Assembly: GCF_039654945.1 (NCBI RefSeq)
Contig: NW_027361686.1
Location: forward strand, 9,548,001 to 9,612,000
Source: Dendrobates tinctorius
Lineage: Eukaryota
DNA length: 64,000 bases
Direction of reading: 5' to 3'
Within the stretch, counting starts at the first letter, position 1, and each line of letters opens with the position of its first letter. This document shows, in pieces, positions 53,499 to 64,000 of the stretch. The notes under the pieces were generated by a model. It had not been told where the DNA came from, did no database searches, and worked only from the letters and a program-made list of their open reading frames with translations. The translations under genes were made by a program, and so were the position numbers.

Positions 53499-54164
53499 CA
53501 AGGGCTTCCACTAGGAATTTCAGAGCCCCATACTGTCAAAATTTTCAGGCCCCCTTGAGACTCCGCCCAGGCTCCACCCCAGCTCAGCATTCATCCCAGC
53601 TCCGCCTTCACCCCTCAAACCTTTTACAGTCCACTGCCAACTCTTGTAAAAACTCCACGACCAATAATACCACATACAAGAGATAAATACTGCCACACCA
53701 TGACCAGATCACATATTACCACCACACAGTGACCAGAATCCCCTCACCAAACTAACCTCACCAGTATCCTCGCAGCAGCCTTCCATCAACAGACTTCCCT
53801 CTCCAGACTCCCCTCACTTCCTTTATCAGACTCCATTCACCAGAATTCCTTCACCAAACTTAGCAGCCTCTTCCTCACACACTGCACGCCACCGCCTCCA
53901 ATGGAGCCTGTCCCCAACGCATGCTGCTCTGCTCTGGAATAAAGATGAGCGCACAGGGTGTCACGTGAATGGCATCAGGATCCTTAAAGGTACAGTGCTC
54001 CTTTCCGGCCATTGGGTACTTTATGTGCTGAGTTGTTTTACCTGAGCCCCGGTGAGCTGAAACAAAGGGCTGGGGGGCAGATCTGGACTGGCCGCCCCCC
54101 TTTTTGCTTCTGCTCACCAGGTCCCATACATTAGTAAGGGCAGTAATGCCCTTATGGTGGCCTT
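53499..54164. mobile_element. hAT-type MITE
   Basis: 8-bp TSD ACATACAA (53491-53498 / 54165-54172); degenerate short TIR. Confidence 0.65.
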
Positions 54165-54809
54165 ACATACAACATAACGTTATCTTCACTTCTGATGATC
54201 ACCATGAGCAAATTGCATGCTATCGATTTGGATGAAACATCAATACTGAGCCAAAAATTATGTGAGTGTTCTTATTGTAGACCTTACATCCAAAAGTTTC
54301 CCGAACCTAATGCCCAAGTAATGCACATAAACCATTTAAGCCAGTTTTACATGTCCAATCACAATGTCTGGAGAGTCCATGAGTCTACTGACCCAAAATC
54401 AACAGCTTCAAAGACATATGTACATAGGTGCTAGAGTAACCCTAACAAACAACTATTGGGTCCATAAATTGCTGTGAAGATTGGAACCCTACATAGTACA
54501 TAAGTGCCGCCCCCACTCAACGTCGGCTCTCCATGACTGGCCCTATAAGGCCCTTTTATGAGGAGATATGGACAAATATGCAGACAAGAATTTTTAGTAC
54601 CAAATAAGTTGCTTCATACCAATCGGGGTAATTAAATTATATAAGTAGATATTTTTCCAACTTTCAACTGTGGCACACACAAAAGTCAATTGATATAGTG
54701 TGCTTTCATGCTCAATTATATAGGCTGGTAATATGTACACGTTACCCCAGGTATGGGGTGCGGTACACAGGGATGAATAGATTGTCTGAAAAACCTCCAA
54801 GCATGCACT

Positions 54810-54850
54810 GTTCTCGACGCGTTTCCCCAAAATACGTTCATCTGGAGAAC
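54810..54850 (-). ncRNA. Minimal type-I hammerhead ribozyme motif (Penelope-associated type), probably inactivated
   Basis: Minus strand: GTTCTC-CAGATGA-ACGTATTTTGGG-GAAA-CGCG-TC-GAGAAC. Perfect stem I; core differs from CUGAUGA at one position; stem II weak. Confidence 0.6.
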
Positions 54851-54899
54851 ATACTTTGTTTTCAATAGAAAATGAATACCATATATAAAGATGATAATA

Positions 54900-56466
54900 C
54901 AGTCATGGCCAAAAGTTTAGAGAATGACACAAATATTATATTTTCACATGATCTGCTGCCCTCTGGTTTTTATGTGTGTTTGTCAGTTGTTTTTATCACA
55001 TACAGAAATATAATTGCAATCATATTATGAGTAACAAAAGGTTATATTGACAGTTAGAATGAGTTAATGCAGCAAGTCAATATTTGCAGTGTTGACCCTT
55101 CTTCTTCAGGACCTCAGCAATTCTCCCTGGCATGCTCTCAATCAACTTCTGGATCAAATCCTGACTGATAGCAGTCCATTCTTGCAAAATCAATGCTTTT
55201 ATTTTGTCTGAATTTGAAGGTTTTTGTTTGTCCACCTGTCTCTTGATGATTGACCACAAGTTCTCAATGAGATTAAGATCTGGGGAGTTTCCAGGCCATG
55301 GTCCCAAAATCTCTATGTTTTGTTCCCTGAGCCATTTAGTTATCACCTTTGCTTTATGGCAAGGTGCTCCATCATGTTGAAAAAGGCATTGTTGATCGCC
55401 AAACTGCTCTTGGACGGTTGGGAGAAGTTGCTCTTGGATGACATTCTGGTACCATTCTTTATTCATGGCTGTGTTTTTAGGCAAGACTGAGAGAGAGCCC
55501 ATTCCCTTGGCTGAGAAGCCACCCCACACATGAATGGTTTCAGGATGCTTGACAGTTGGCATGAGACAAGACTGGTGGTAGCTCTCACCTGGTCTTCTCC
55601 GAATAAGCCGTTTTCCAGATGTCCCAAACAATTGAAAAGGGGATTCATCAGAGAAAATGACTTTACCCCAGTCCTCAGCAGTCCACTCCCTGTACCTCTT
55701 GCAGAATATCAGTCTGTCCATGATGTTTTTTCTGGAGAGAAGTGGCTTCTTTGCTGCCCTCCTTGAGACCAGGCCTTGCTCCAAGAGTCTCCGCCTCACA
55801 GTGCGTGCAGATGCACTCACACCTGCCTGCTGCCATTCCTGAGCAAGCTCTGCACTGCTGGTAGCCCAATCCCGCAGCTGAAACACTTTTAAGAGACGGT
55901 CCTGGCGCTTGCTGGTCTTTCTTGGGCGCCCTGGAGCCTTTTTGGCAACAAGGGAACCTCTCTCCTTGAAGTTCTTGATGATGCGATAGATTGTTGACTG
56001 AGGTGCAATCTTTCTAGCTGCGATACTCTTCCCTGTTAGGCCATTTTTGTGCAGTGCAATGATGACTGCATGTGTTTCTTTAGAGATAACCATGGTTAAC
56101 AGAAGAGAAACAATGATGCCAAGCACCAGCCTCCTTTTAAAGTGTCCAGTGGTGTCATTCTTACTTAATCATGACAGATTGATCTCCAGCCCTGTCCTCA
56201 TCAACACCCACACCTGTGTTAATGGAGCAATCACTGAAACGATGTTAGGTGGTCCTTTTAAGGCAGGGCTGCAATGATGTTGAAATGTGTTTTGGGGGAT
56301 AAAGTTAATTTTCTAGGCAAATATTGACTTTGCAAGTAATTGCTGTTAAGCTGATCACTCTTTATAACATTCTGGAGTATACGCAAATTGCCATTAGAAA
56401 AAATGAATCAGTAGACTTTGTAAAAATTAATATTTGTGTCATTCTCTAAACTTTTGGTCATGACTG
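54900..56466 (-). mobile_element. Young Tc1 (DD34E), 1567 bp, same family as 47733-49299
   Basis: Same TIRs and length; TA TSD. Confidence 0.96.
55077..56093 (-). CDS. Tc1 transposase, uninterrupted 338-aa ORF
   Basis: ATG at 56093; GRPRK, FSDES, QHDGAPCH, SPDLNLIENLW. Confidence 0.9.
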   Translation of the reverse strand: MVISKETHAVIIALHKNGLTGKSIAARKIAPQSTIYRIIKNFKERGSLVAKKAPGRPRKTSKRQDRLLKVFQLRDWATSSAELAQEWQQAGVSASARTVRRRLLEQGLVSRRAAKKPLLSRKNIMDRLIFCKRYREWTAEDWGKVIFSDESPFQLFGTSGKRLIRRRPGESYHQSCLMPTVKHPETIHVWGGFSAKGMGSLSVLPKNTAMNKEWYQNVIQEQLLPTVQEQFGDQQCLFQHDGAPCHKAKVITKWLREQNIEILGPWPGNSPDLNLIENLWSIIKRQVDKQKPSNSDKIKALILQEWTAISQDLIQKLIESMPGRIAEVLKKKGQHCKY

Positions 56467-56488
56467 TACTTGGCTTAAAGGTAGATGA

Positions 56489-58172
56489 ATACAAATGCAT
56501 GGGCCATGCACATAGTGAATAAGTTGGTAGGACAGTATTCACACTACCAAGAGACTAAAACACAGAGAAACACAGTACAACAAATGCGAAAAAATACAAA
56601 AAACGTATCAATTAAATACCCTGTTTTGTTGTCATCTTTTTGCTAGCACTTGATGTTTATTGTTAGATATTTTTTTGCAGCAGAGTATTTTTTTGCGTTT
56701 GTTGTACTGTGTTTCTCTGTTTTAAGTCTCTTGGTGGTGTGAATATGGGTCGCCCTCCCAGGGCTGTGGGGTACTCGGTACCGGGCCGGTCTCTCAGAGG
56801 GGATTGTCAAAGCGGCGGTGACCCGGTCCGTGGCCCTGGGCGCCCATGTAAAAGGGGTTGAGTTGAGAATAAAGTTTATAAGTGATTCGTGACGCCACCT
56901 GTGGTGTTCGGCAAGGGAGGTGTTAAGCCGACGCTGCAAGTAGATCCTCTGGGACAGATGGTGTAGTGCAGAAATGATGTTGTAGCCCTCCACAGGTAGG
57001 GCTGTTGGTCCCAGGGCAGTGTAGCGGAATGTTTAGGAAGAGGGTGCAGTGTTTGGCACAGAGATGTAGCAGTGCTGAGGATGTTGCAGGAAGGAGGCAA
57101 GGACACAACAGGGTGCAGTTTCTTTACCTTTACTTGGCAAATGCAGTCCAGGGGCCTGATTACAGATGGCACAGGAGCAGGCTAGCCTGGAAGCAACTCA
57201 GGGATCTCTCTATCAGATGGGTGGTCTTGTCTCCTTTCTAGCGCTGGCTTGAGATACATCCAGTACTGTGTTACACTGAAGTTCCTCCTTCTTATCTTCT
57301 CTTAGAACTACCTCGTATGGCAGACAGCTGTAGCCCTCTATCTCTCTTGGCTCACCTGTCGCTGTTGTGCCTCTGAGTCTTAGTTGGGAATAGAGCATTT
57401 ACAGCTTCCTATTCCTCTGGTTTCTGTTGCAGGACCTTCAGTATCCATACAACCGTGGAGACCAGGCTCCAGATCGTGCGCTCTCACTGGGAGGGAGCTC
57501 TCAATCCTCAGCTCAACCTCCAGCTTCTCTCCACACGTTTACTTTGTTGCCCTCCTCACACTAACTCCTCACTTCCCTTCCTGGCCCTCAGAGAGCACTC
57601 CTCCCGCAATCCTGGTTCAGAGCTCCCTCTGATGGCCTGGAGTGGGAACTGTGTTGCATGACATCGTTAACTGTTAGAGAGACCCTTCATTGCCTCCAAG
57701 CCTGACATCACCCTCCCTGGAGGAAGGCAATGCCACTGTGGCGACCATACTCCTGGGGGTGCCACATTTACTGTCCTACTGACTTATTCACTATGTGCAT
57801 GGCCCATGCATTTGTATTCAATTGGTCTCTTGCTTTTTCAAGTTTTTGGGAGGTTCCCATCCCTCTCTTGTGGGCGATGCACATATAAAGCCGTCTCACA
57901 CAGCGTGTCCACTTCAGGCATTACCTTTCAGAATCCTGCTCATATAGGTACTGTTCAAATGGTCAGTTTTTAAATACATTGGTTAGGACTGCTCTGAAGG
58001 GTATGCCTTGGCATTTGGTAGAGCGGCTTAGTATACATTTTTTGCAAAAAACGTATCAACTAAATACCCTGTTTTGCTATCATCTTTTCGCTAGCACTTG
58101 CTGTTTATTGTTAGATATATTTTTTACAGCAGAGTATTTTTTCGCATTTGTTGTACTGTGTTTCTCTGTGTT
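56489..58172. mobile_element. Penelope-like insertion (inverted plus tandem partial repeats) with 14-bp TSD, interrupted by a solo LTR
   Basis: TTAAAGGTAGATGA at 56475-56488 and 58173-58186. About 56487-56597 is inverted relative to 56684-56745 plus 57769-57820; 56598-56720 is repeated at 58044-58172. Confidence 0.6.
56746..57766. mobile_element. Solo LTR (family A, copy 2)
   Basis: Homologous end to end with 10341-11340; TSD imperfect (AATA/TTTA). Confidence 0.88.
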
Positions 58173-58559
58173 TTAAAGGTAGATGAGTTAATCAAAGAAT
58201 ATTTGGGTCAAGGAGAACGGTGTCCATCCATAAATGCCAAATGGAGTTATGTCCCTGCAAGTAGCATATGTCTGTGGCAACCACCATACATATGCGCATT
58301 TTCCCATTAGTGTTATTGCACATCTGGGTTAAAGTGGCAGGAAGTAGTTTTTTGACTACGTCGTAATGCTATGACTCCGTCGCATACGTGCTTACGCCTC
58401 TTACAAGATGGGAAAGCGCTCCATTTCGCACATGCGCCATGGTTATATACCTTTACAGTATAGGTAAGGCAGGGGAACCTGAATGCATATGCGTCCATGC
58501 AGTTCTGTGGTGCTGCGATGTTCCACCAGAGTCCCATATTAAGTATGATGATGCTTGCA

Positions 58560-59110
58560 GACCCACTGACAGCCTCACAAGAGAATCTGTCTCATCTAGC
58601 CAGACTATATTCTCCCAATATTTCACAGGCTTGTCTAAATGTTGTTGAGCAAACTGTATACTTGATGAACATGCTTTTTGTTCAGCAATTGAGTCTTGTG
58701 TGGTGAGTGTACGTAGAGACCATGGGGGTTGAGTGCATTACTTTCTTTGAAACCATTGCACCTGCTGATTCCAGGTCTTTCTGCAGCTCACGGCAGGTGG
58801 TCCTTGGCTATTGGACAACTTTTCTGGTAATTCTTTTCACTCCATTGTCTGAAATCTTGGGGGGAGTACTGGTCATGGATGGCTTATGAGGAAATTATGT
58901 TCTTTCCACTTTCTGATTCTGGCCCCAACACTGCTCACTGGAACCTTCAGTAGTTTAGAAATTGTTATGCCATTCAGTATGTTTTGTAACAATAAGGTTG
59001 TAAGGTTGTAAAAGTGTTGAGACAGTTCACTGGTTTTACCCATCATGAGATATTGTATGGCATCTTGGTAATGTGAGACCTCTTTATCAGCCATAAGTTG
59101 AACCAGCTAA
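58560..59110 (-). pseudogene. Degenerate Tc1 transposase N-terminal fragment
   Basis: MGKTSELS..ISKLLKVPVSSVGARIRKWKEHN. Confidence 0.7.
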
Positions 59111-59143
59111 TGATGTCATGACTTTCCATGGGTTTTTGCACAA

Positions 59144-62100
59144 TTCACGACAACACAGGCCCCACTCTCATACATGAGAAAAAAGGACACAGGACACGGA
59201 GTTCTAAGTTTGGCATAAAATGGCCTTGGCGTTTATTTTGAGTTACTCAACAACCAATTTTATTTCATCATAACCATTAAAACTATTAAATATCTCCATC
59301 ACTGATTAAAATTATTACTCTCATGACCCAATCCTCCCTAAAACAGGGAGATTATCTCACAAATAAATGACACGACAATACAATGAAATACTTTTTAACA
59401 GGGCGGGAGGGAGGGATCTTGAAATCTTTTTGAGGTAAACTGAGGTAACTGTCACAAATAGCTGATTATATACCACAAATTCTTCCCACTCTTACTCTGT
59501 CAGGAAATCAAACAGGTTCAAAAAAAGAGCAGGAAGCCAATCTGCCTAACAACAGGGAACCTGCTCGTGAAATATCACAGCTTACTGAAACATTAACTCT
59601 TTGTAAACCAGAGCTTAAAAAAAAACAACTGAACACCATCAAATTAATAGTTATGGGAGCCGCGTTATCATGCGACCCCCTTGTATTCACTAAGGGGAGG
59701 GCGTTCATGACAACTCAGGCCCCACTCTCATACATAAGAAAAAAGGACACAGGACATGGAGTTCTAAGTTTGGCATAAAATGGCCGTGGCGTTTGAGTTA
59801 CTCAACAACCAATTTTATTTCATCATAACCATTAAAACCATTAAATATCTCCATCACTGAATAAAATTATTACTCTCATGACCCAATCCTTCCTAAAACA
59901 GGGAGATTATCCACACGCCGTGCATATTAATGCATGGCCCCCCCAAAACGCCACATCCATTTTTCAATGATGTCCTGGACATCCAAGTTAAAGATGTCCA
60001 GGCCAACATCTGAAAGGTGCACAAGGTCCCTTCTGTACATACCGGGGATCTTTTTTTCCAAGTCGACGTGTCTGTAAGAAAATCCGTCAATCAAAGCCAT
60101 AAACGTCTGCATACTCCTGGTAACCCTTTTTCTTATTTTTTTCAACAAACAACATATTGTATTCTGCCCATAACAATCTAGGGACAATTTCTGAAAATAC
60201 AAAAAATGATTTAAACAATTCCATTTTTAGCAAACTCAAATCCTTCCTCTTGAAGGCTAATAAATCGAGTGTGTTAACTTTACCTAATTCGTTACCCTCT
60301 AAATGCAAAATTATTACATCAGGATATGGATGACTCTTTGACAGCTGTTGCATACATCCAACCAAATTCTCCCATAACATTCCTCTTCGGCTAAACCAAA
60401 AAAGTGGAGGGAAGAAGTATTAAATGAGAGATTCTCTGTATAGTACCGCATCGTCGCCCTTTTTTCGTCCCAATAAATATACGAGTATCCGATGATCCAC
60501 ACAATTAGCGGACCTACAAAATGAATAAGATGTTAGCATTCATATAAATTTGGTCGAACATACAATTTGAACCTTTTTGATTCCCACCTTCCAATTTTCA
60601 TTATATTATTGTCTTGAAAACCCAACCTAGCCGCTTCCGTTGCTGCTCCAATACAAAAAGAGTGAGATGTGATTTTAACATTTTTCAAACCCAATTGGAC
60701 CAGACATTTTTTTCAAATGAAATTAAATTGAAAAAACAGTCACCGGTGTACTATTGCGGTGAATGAAAAATGGACCTTCTACACTTGGTCTCATGCTAAG
60801 CCATCTCTTCACAATCGAGACTGGACAAATGACTGAATCTGAGATTGCAGATAAACTAACTGAAGCTCCTCTTCCTAACTGATCCGTTTTTGACTTTTTT
60901 ATAAATAAAACGACAGAGGATTCAAATACCTTTATATCCTCCATTAACAGGCCAGAAGGTGAATTTTTTGACTGAGAAACTATTTCCCCGACACGAAGAG
61001 CTGCAAAAAATGCTAATGTAAATGTTGCTGAAAACAAACAACTTTCTTCAAAATTGTCGCAAACCGATGGGAGAGACACGCATATGTCTTTTAGCAAGCG
61101 AAATGATATGGGATGACGATCATCCTGTTTAAAATTAAACCTTCTGAATCCTTTTAACAATTGTTTCCTTAAAAAAAGTCATTCAACGGTTTCTTGCCCA
61201 AAGTTTTAAGGAAAAATGAAACACCAGCAATGTGTTTTGCTAATGCTGAATAAGACAGACCATTCAAGACCAAATGCTCTGCAAATTTCAGAGCTGTTTC
61301 TTCCTTTGCTTCGTTATATGAGTAAACGTTTGTTGTACAAAATCTTATCCATACATTCCAAGTGCCCGAACACTCGGACCAAGGTTTTTTTTAGCCAAGG
61401 ACTTTCCAATAAAATACTGAATTAGACCTGTACTATGTCCCATATATTCTCTGGGCAAATCGTTCGTTTGTCGGCTCCGGGAACATGCTCCAAAAACTTT
61501 GACCACTGGCAGTGACAAATAAGTTTATCACAATCATTAATTAACTCATTTGAAAATGACGCTTTTAACCAGATATTACACTCCATACAGGCAAGAACTA
61601 ACGGCCTAAGAATCTGGTTAGCCCATTTGTTTTTATCCGAAAATGTATTTAACATAAAAACAAAACCTTGGTTGTTAGAACAAAATAATATATGCTTATT
61701 GCAAAGGCTAGGTCCCCACAAAAGAATGGCTACATATATGGCGAAAAGGTCTAAAATTGCTCCCTTCTTAATAATATTACTGTAAGACCAAGAAATAGGC
61801 CATCTGTTTGACGACCAGTGCTATTTAAAAGATAAACCAAAACCTTCTGATTCGTCCGTAAAAATATACAAATCTTCGGCAAATACAAACGGGGTCTGCC
61901 ACATTGTCTTGCCATTAAATTTAGATAGGAAACGACAACCAAGTTTTCAAATCCTCCTTAAGCTCGCTACCTAATCTCAGGTGTGAATTAGGCGCAAGGT
62001 TACCTGCTGTGGCATCGTATGGCCTTCTCGAAAAAACCCTACCCATGGGTATGATTTTTAAGGCAAAGTTCAAGGAACCTAATAACGACTGCAAATTTTT

Positions 62101-63559
62101 TCAATAAAACTTTTTCCTTCGACAAAAACAGATTAATCATATAACAAATTTTGTCAATCTTTTCAGCAGGGAGAGAGCATGTCATAGATTCAGAATCTAT
62201 CAGAATACCCAAAAATTCCAAAGAAGTACAAGGAGACACGTTTTTTTTTTTTTGCCATAGGTATTCCAAAATGCTCACAAACTTTAACAAACTTATCCAT
62301 TAAAGCAAAACAAACGTCAGAATCTCTGGGACCAATAAACAAGAAATCATCAACATAATGCACTACTTCGCCGCCTTTTGATTTGGACTCCACTACCCAT
62401 TGAAGAAAAGTTGAAAACGTCTCAAAATAATAACAAGATAATGAAAAAACCCCATAGGGAGACCTTTATCAAAAAAAAATTTATCTTTAAAACAAAAACC
62501 AAGGGAATTGAAACCTCTCAGATCAACTGGTAACAACCTGAACGCAGCTTTTATGTCAGATTTTGCTAGCAATGACTTGTGACCAAAGCTTTGCAGGAAC
62601 TCCACTGCAACATCAAACGAAGTGTACATCAATGAACAAATTTCCGTATCCACTTCATCGTTTAGGGAACTTCCTATGGGATACGATAAGTGATGAATCA
62701 ATCTAAACGAACCCATCTCTTTTTTAGGAACTAAGCCCAATGGAGAGACCCTGAAATTACCAAATGGAGGAGAGTCAAATGGGCCCTCTACTCTACCTGC
62801 TTCAATCTCTTTTAATATTTTTTCCTCGACTATCATTGGATAATCTAACGCTGATTGCAAATTGTTCCATTGTTTACAACCAGTACCTGAAAATGTTGGA
62901 ACAAAAAATCCATTACAGAAACCATTTTTTAGCATGTAACTACTCTCCGTGTCTGGGTGCATTTCTAACCATGGGACCATATTTTGTAACTTCACTGGAG
63001 TCAGCGCTCTTTGAAAGCGCATCTTTATTGGGTCCTTGTTGAACATTTTGTGACGGACGTTTGAAGCATCTAAACATTGCATGTGTACCCCCGCAAAACG
63101 AGCACCCATGGCGAAAATGACAGTTTGCAGCCCACTTACAGCTTGATTCGTTGAATGCAAAACACACCCCTTTTTTACTAGGTGTAGACATATTCTGCTT
63201 ATATGATGGGAACTTCTGGGGTAACATCAAAATTAGCCATAATCCCAGGTCTTTTTTACCCCATGATAGGTTAGGGTGCATGGATAATTTTTGACGAAAT
63301 GCTTCGTCATATTGTAACCATGACATGCCCCCAAAGTTCCGATATGCATCCAAAATTAAATCTAACTGCTGAAACAGCCCCGAACATAACGAAGGGTATT
63401 TTTCACCCAGTACAGCAGCATAGATAGCAAATGCTTGAAGCCAATTATTAAATGACCTCTGAATAACCACCCGTTTCTTTTCTTCCGCTTCATCTTTTCT
63501 TTTATATCTATGATAATGTTCTTTAATTGACGGTAAAAGGGAGAAAATATCAATGTATT
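59144..63559 (-). mobile_element. Ngaro-type retrotransposon, copy 2 (AT-rich family): ORF1, RT/RNase H, tyrosine recombinase, SGNH hydrolase, split direct repeats; frameshifted
   Basis: ORF1 WLQYDEAFRQK..CFAFNESSC..HGCSFCGGTH; RT FRLIHHLSYP, KSDIKAAFR, HYVDDFLF; recombinase FFAALRVGE, KSKTDQ; SGNH WIIGYS..HLEGN..RDLVHL; B repeats at 59144-59360 and 59704-59915. Confidence 0.92.
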
Positions 63560-64000
63560 TGGGTCGCCCCTCACACCCAGGGCAGCGGGGTACTCGGTAC
63601 CGGGCCGGTGTCAGGGGGATGTGTCACAGCAGCGGCGACCCGGTCCGTGGCCCTGGGCGCCCAATATCAGTGGCGGTGATGTCAATAGTGTTATAGCTTA
63701 GTTGAATAGTTCGTGACGCCACCCGTGGTGTTTGGCAAGTAAGATGTTGAGCCAATGCTGCATGCAGATCCACTGGGACTGATGGTGTGGTGCAGAAAAG
63801 ATGGTGTAGCTCCCCACTGGTGGAGCTGTAGTCCCAGGGCAGTGTGGGTGCAATGGATGAGGAGAGGCGCAGAATGGTATAGATGCTGTTACCCAGATGT
63901 AGCGGTGCTGAAGGTGTTAGCGACGAATGAATGGAGGACACCAGGGCTTGTAGTTTCAAAGCTTTACTCACAGTTCATGGTACCCACTGGTGCCCGCCTC
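63560..64000. mobile_element. LTR (family A, copy 3) inserted in Ngaro ORF1; runs off the window end
   Basis: TGGGTCGCCCC..GGGGTACTCGGTACCGGGCCGG, as at 10341 and 56746. Confidence 0.85.

Overview
Vertebrate genomic DNA, most likely an anuran amphibian (inferred from the repeat families and gene order). It is almost entirely nested transposable elements, with one assembly gap (29470-29710). Only two host exons are supported. One is the last coding exon of MFRP (frizzled-type cysteine-rich domain, 13441-13665). The other, about 39.5 kb downstream on the same strand, is the first coding exon of C1QTNF5/CTRP5 (53188-53402). Elements present: a full-length Tf1/sushi chromovirus with a self-priming-type PBS, several solo LTRs, two Ngaro-type tyrosine-recombinase retrotransposons, a decayed 15-kb hAT element, Tc1 elements, a Helitron, a Helentron-like element, many MITEs and Penelope-like relics with hammerhead motifs. 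Best candidates for new biology: (1) an apparently intact two-gene PIF/Harbinger transposon (30036-36997) carrying two unrelated tandem arrays of long imperfect hairpins, one in the intron splitting its MADF domain and one between its convergent poly(A) signals; (2) a phase-1 splice acceptor directly in front of the ATG-less SGNH hydrolase ORF in two divergent Ngaro families, suggesting an env-like spliced product; (3) two near-identical inverted Tc1 copies bracketing the C1QTNF5 start-codon exon. All calls are from manual reading; no searches or folding programs were run.
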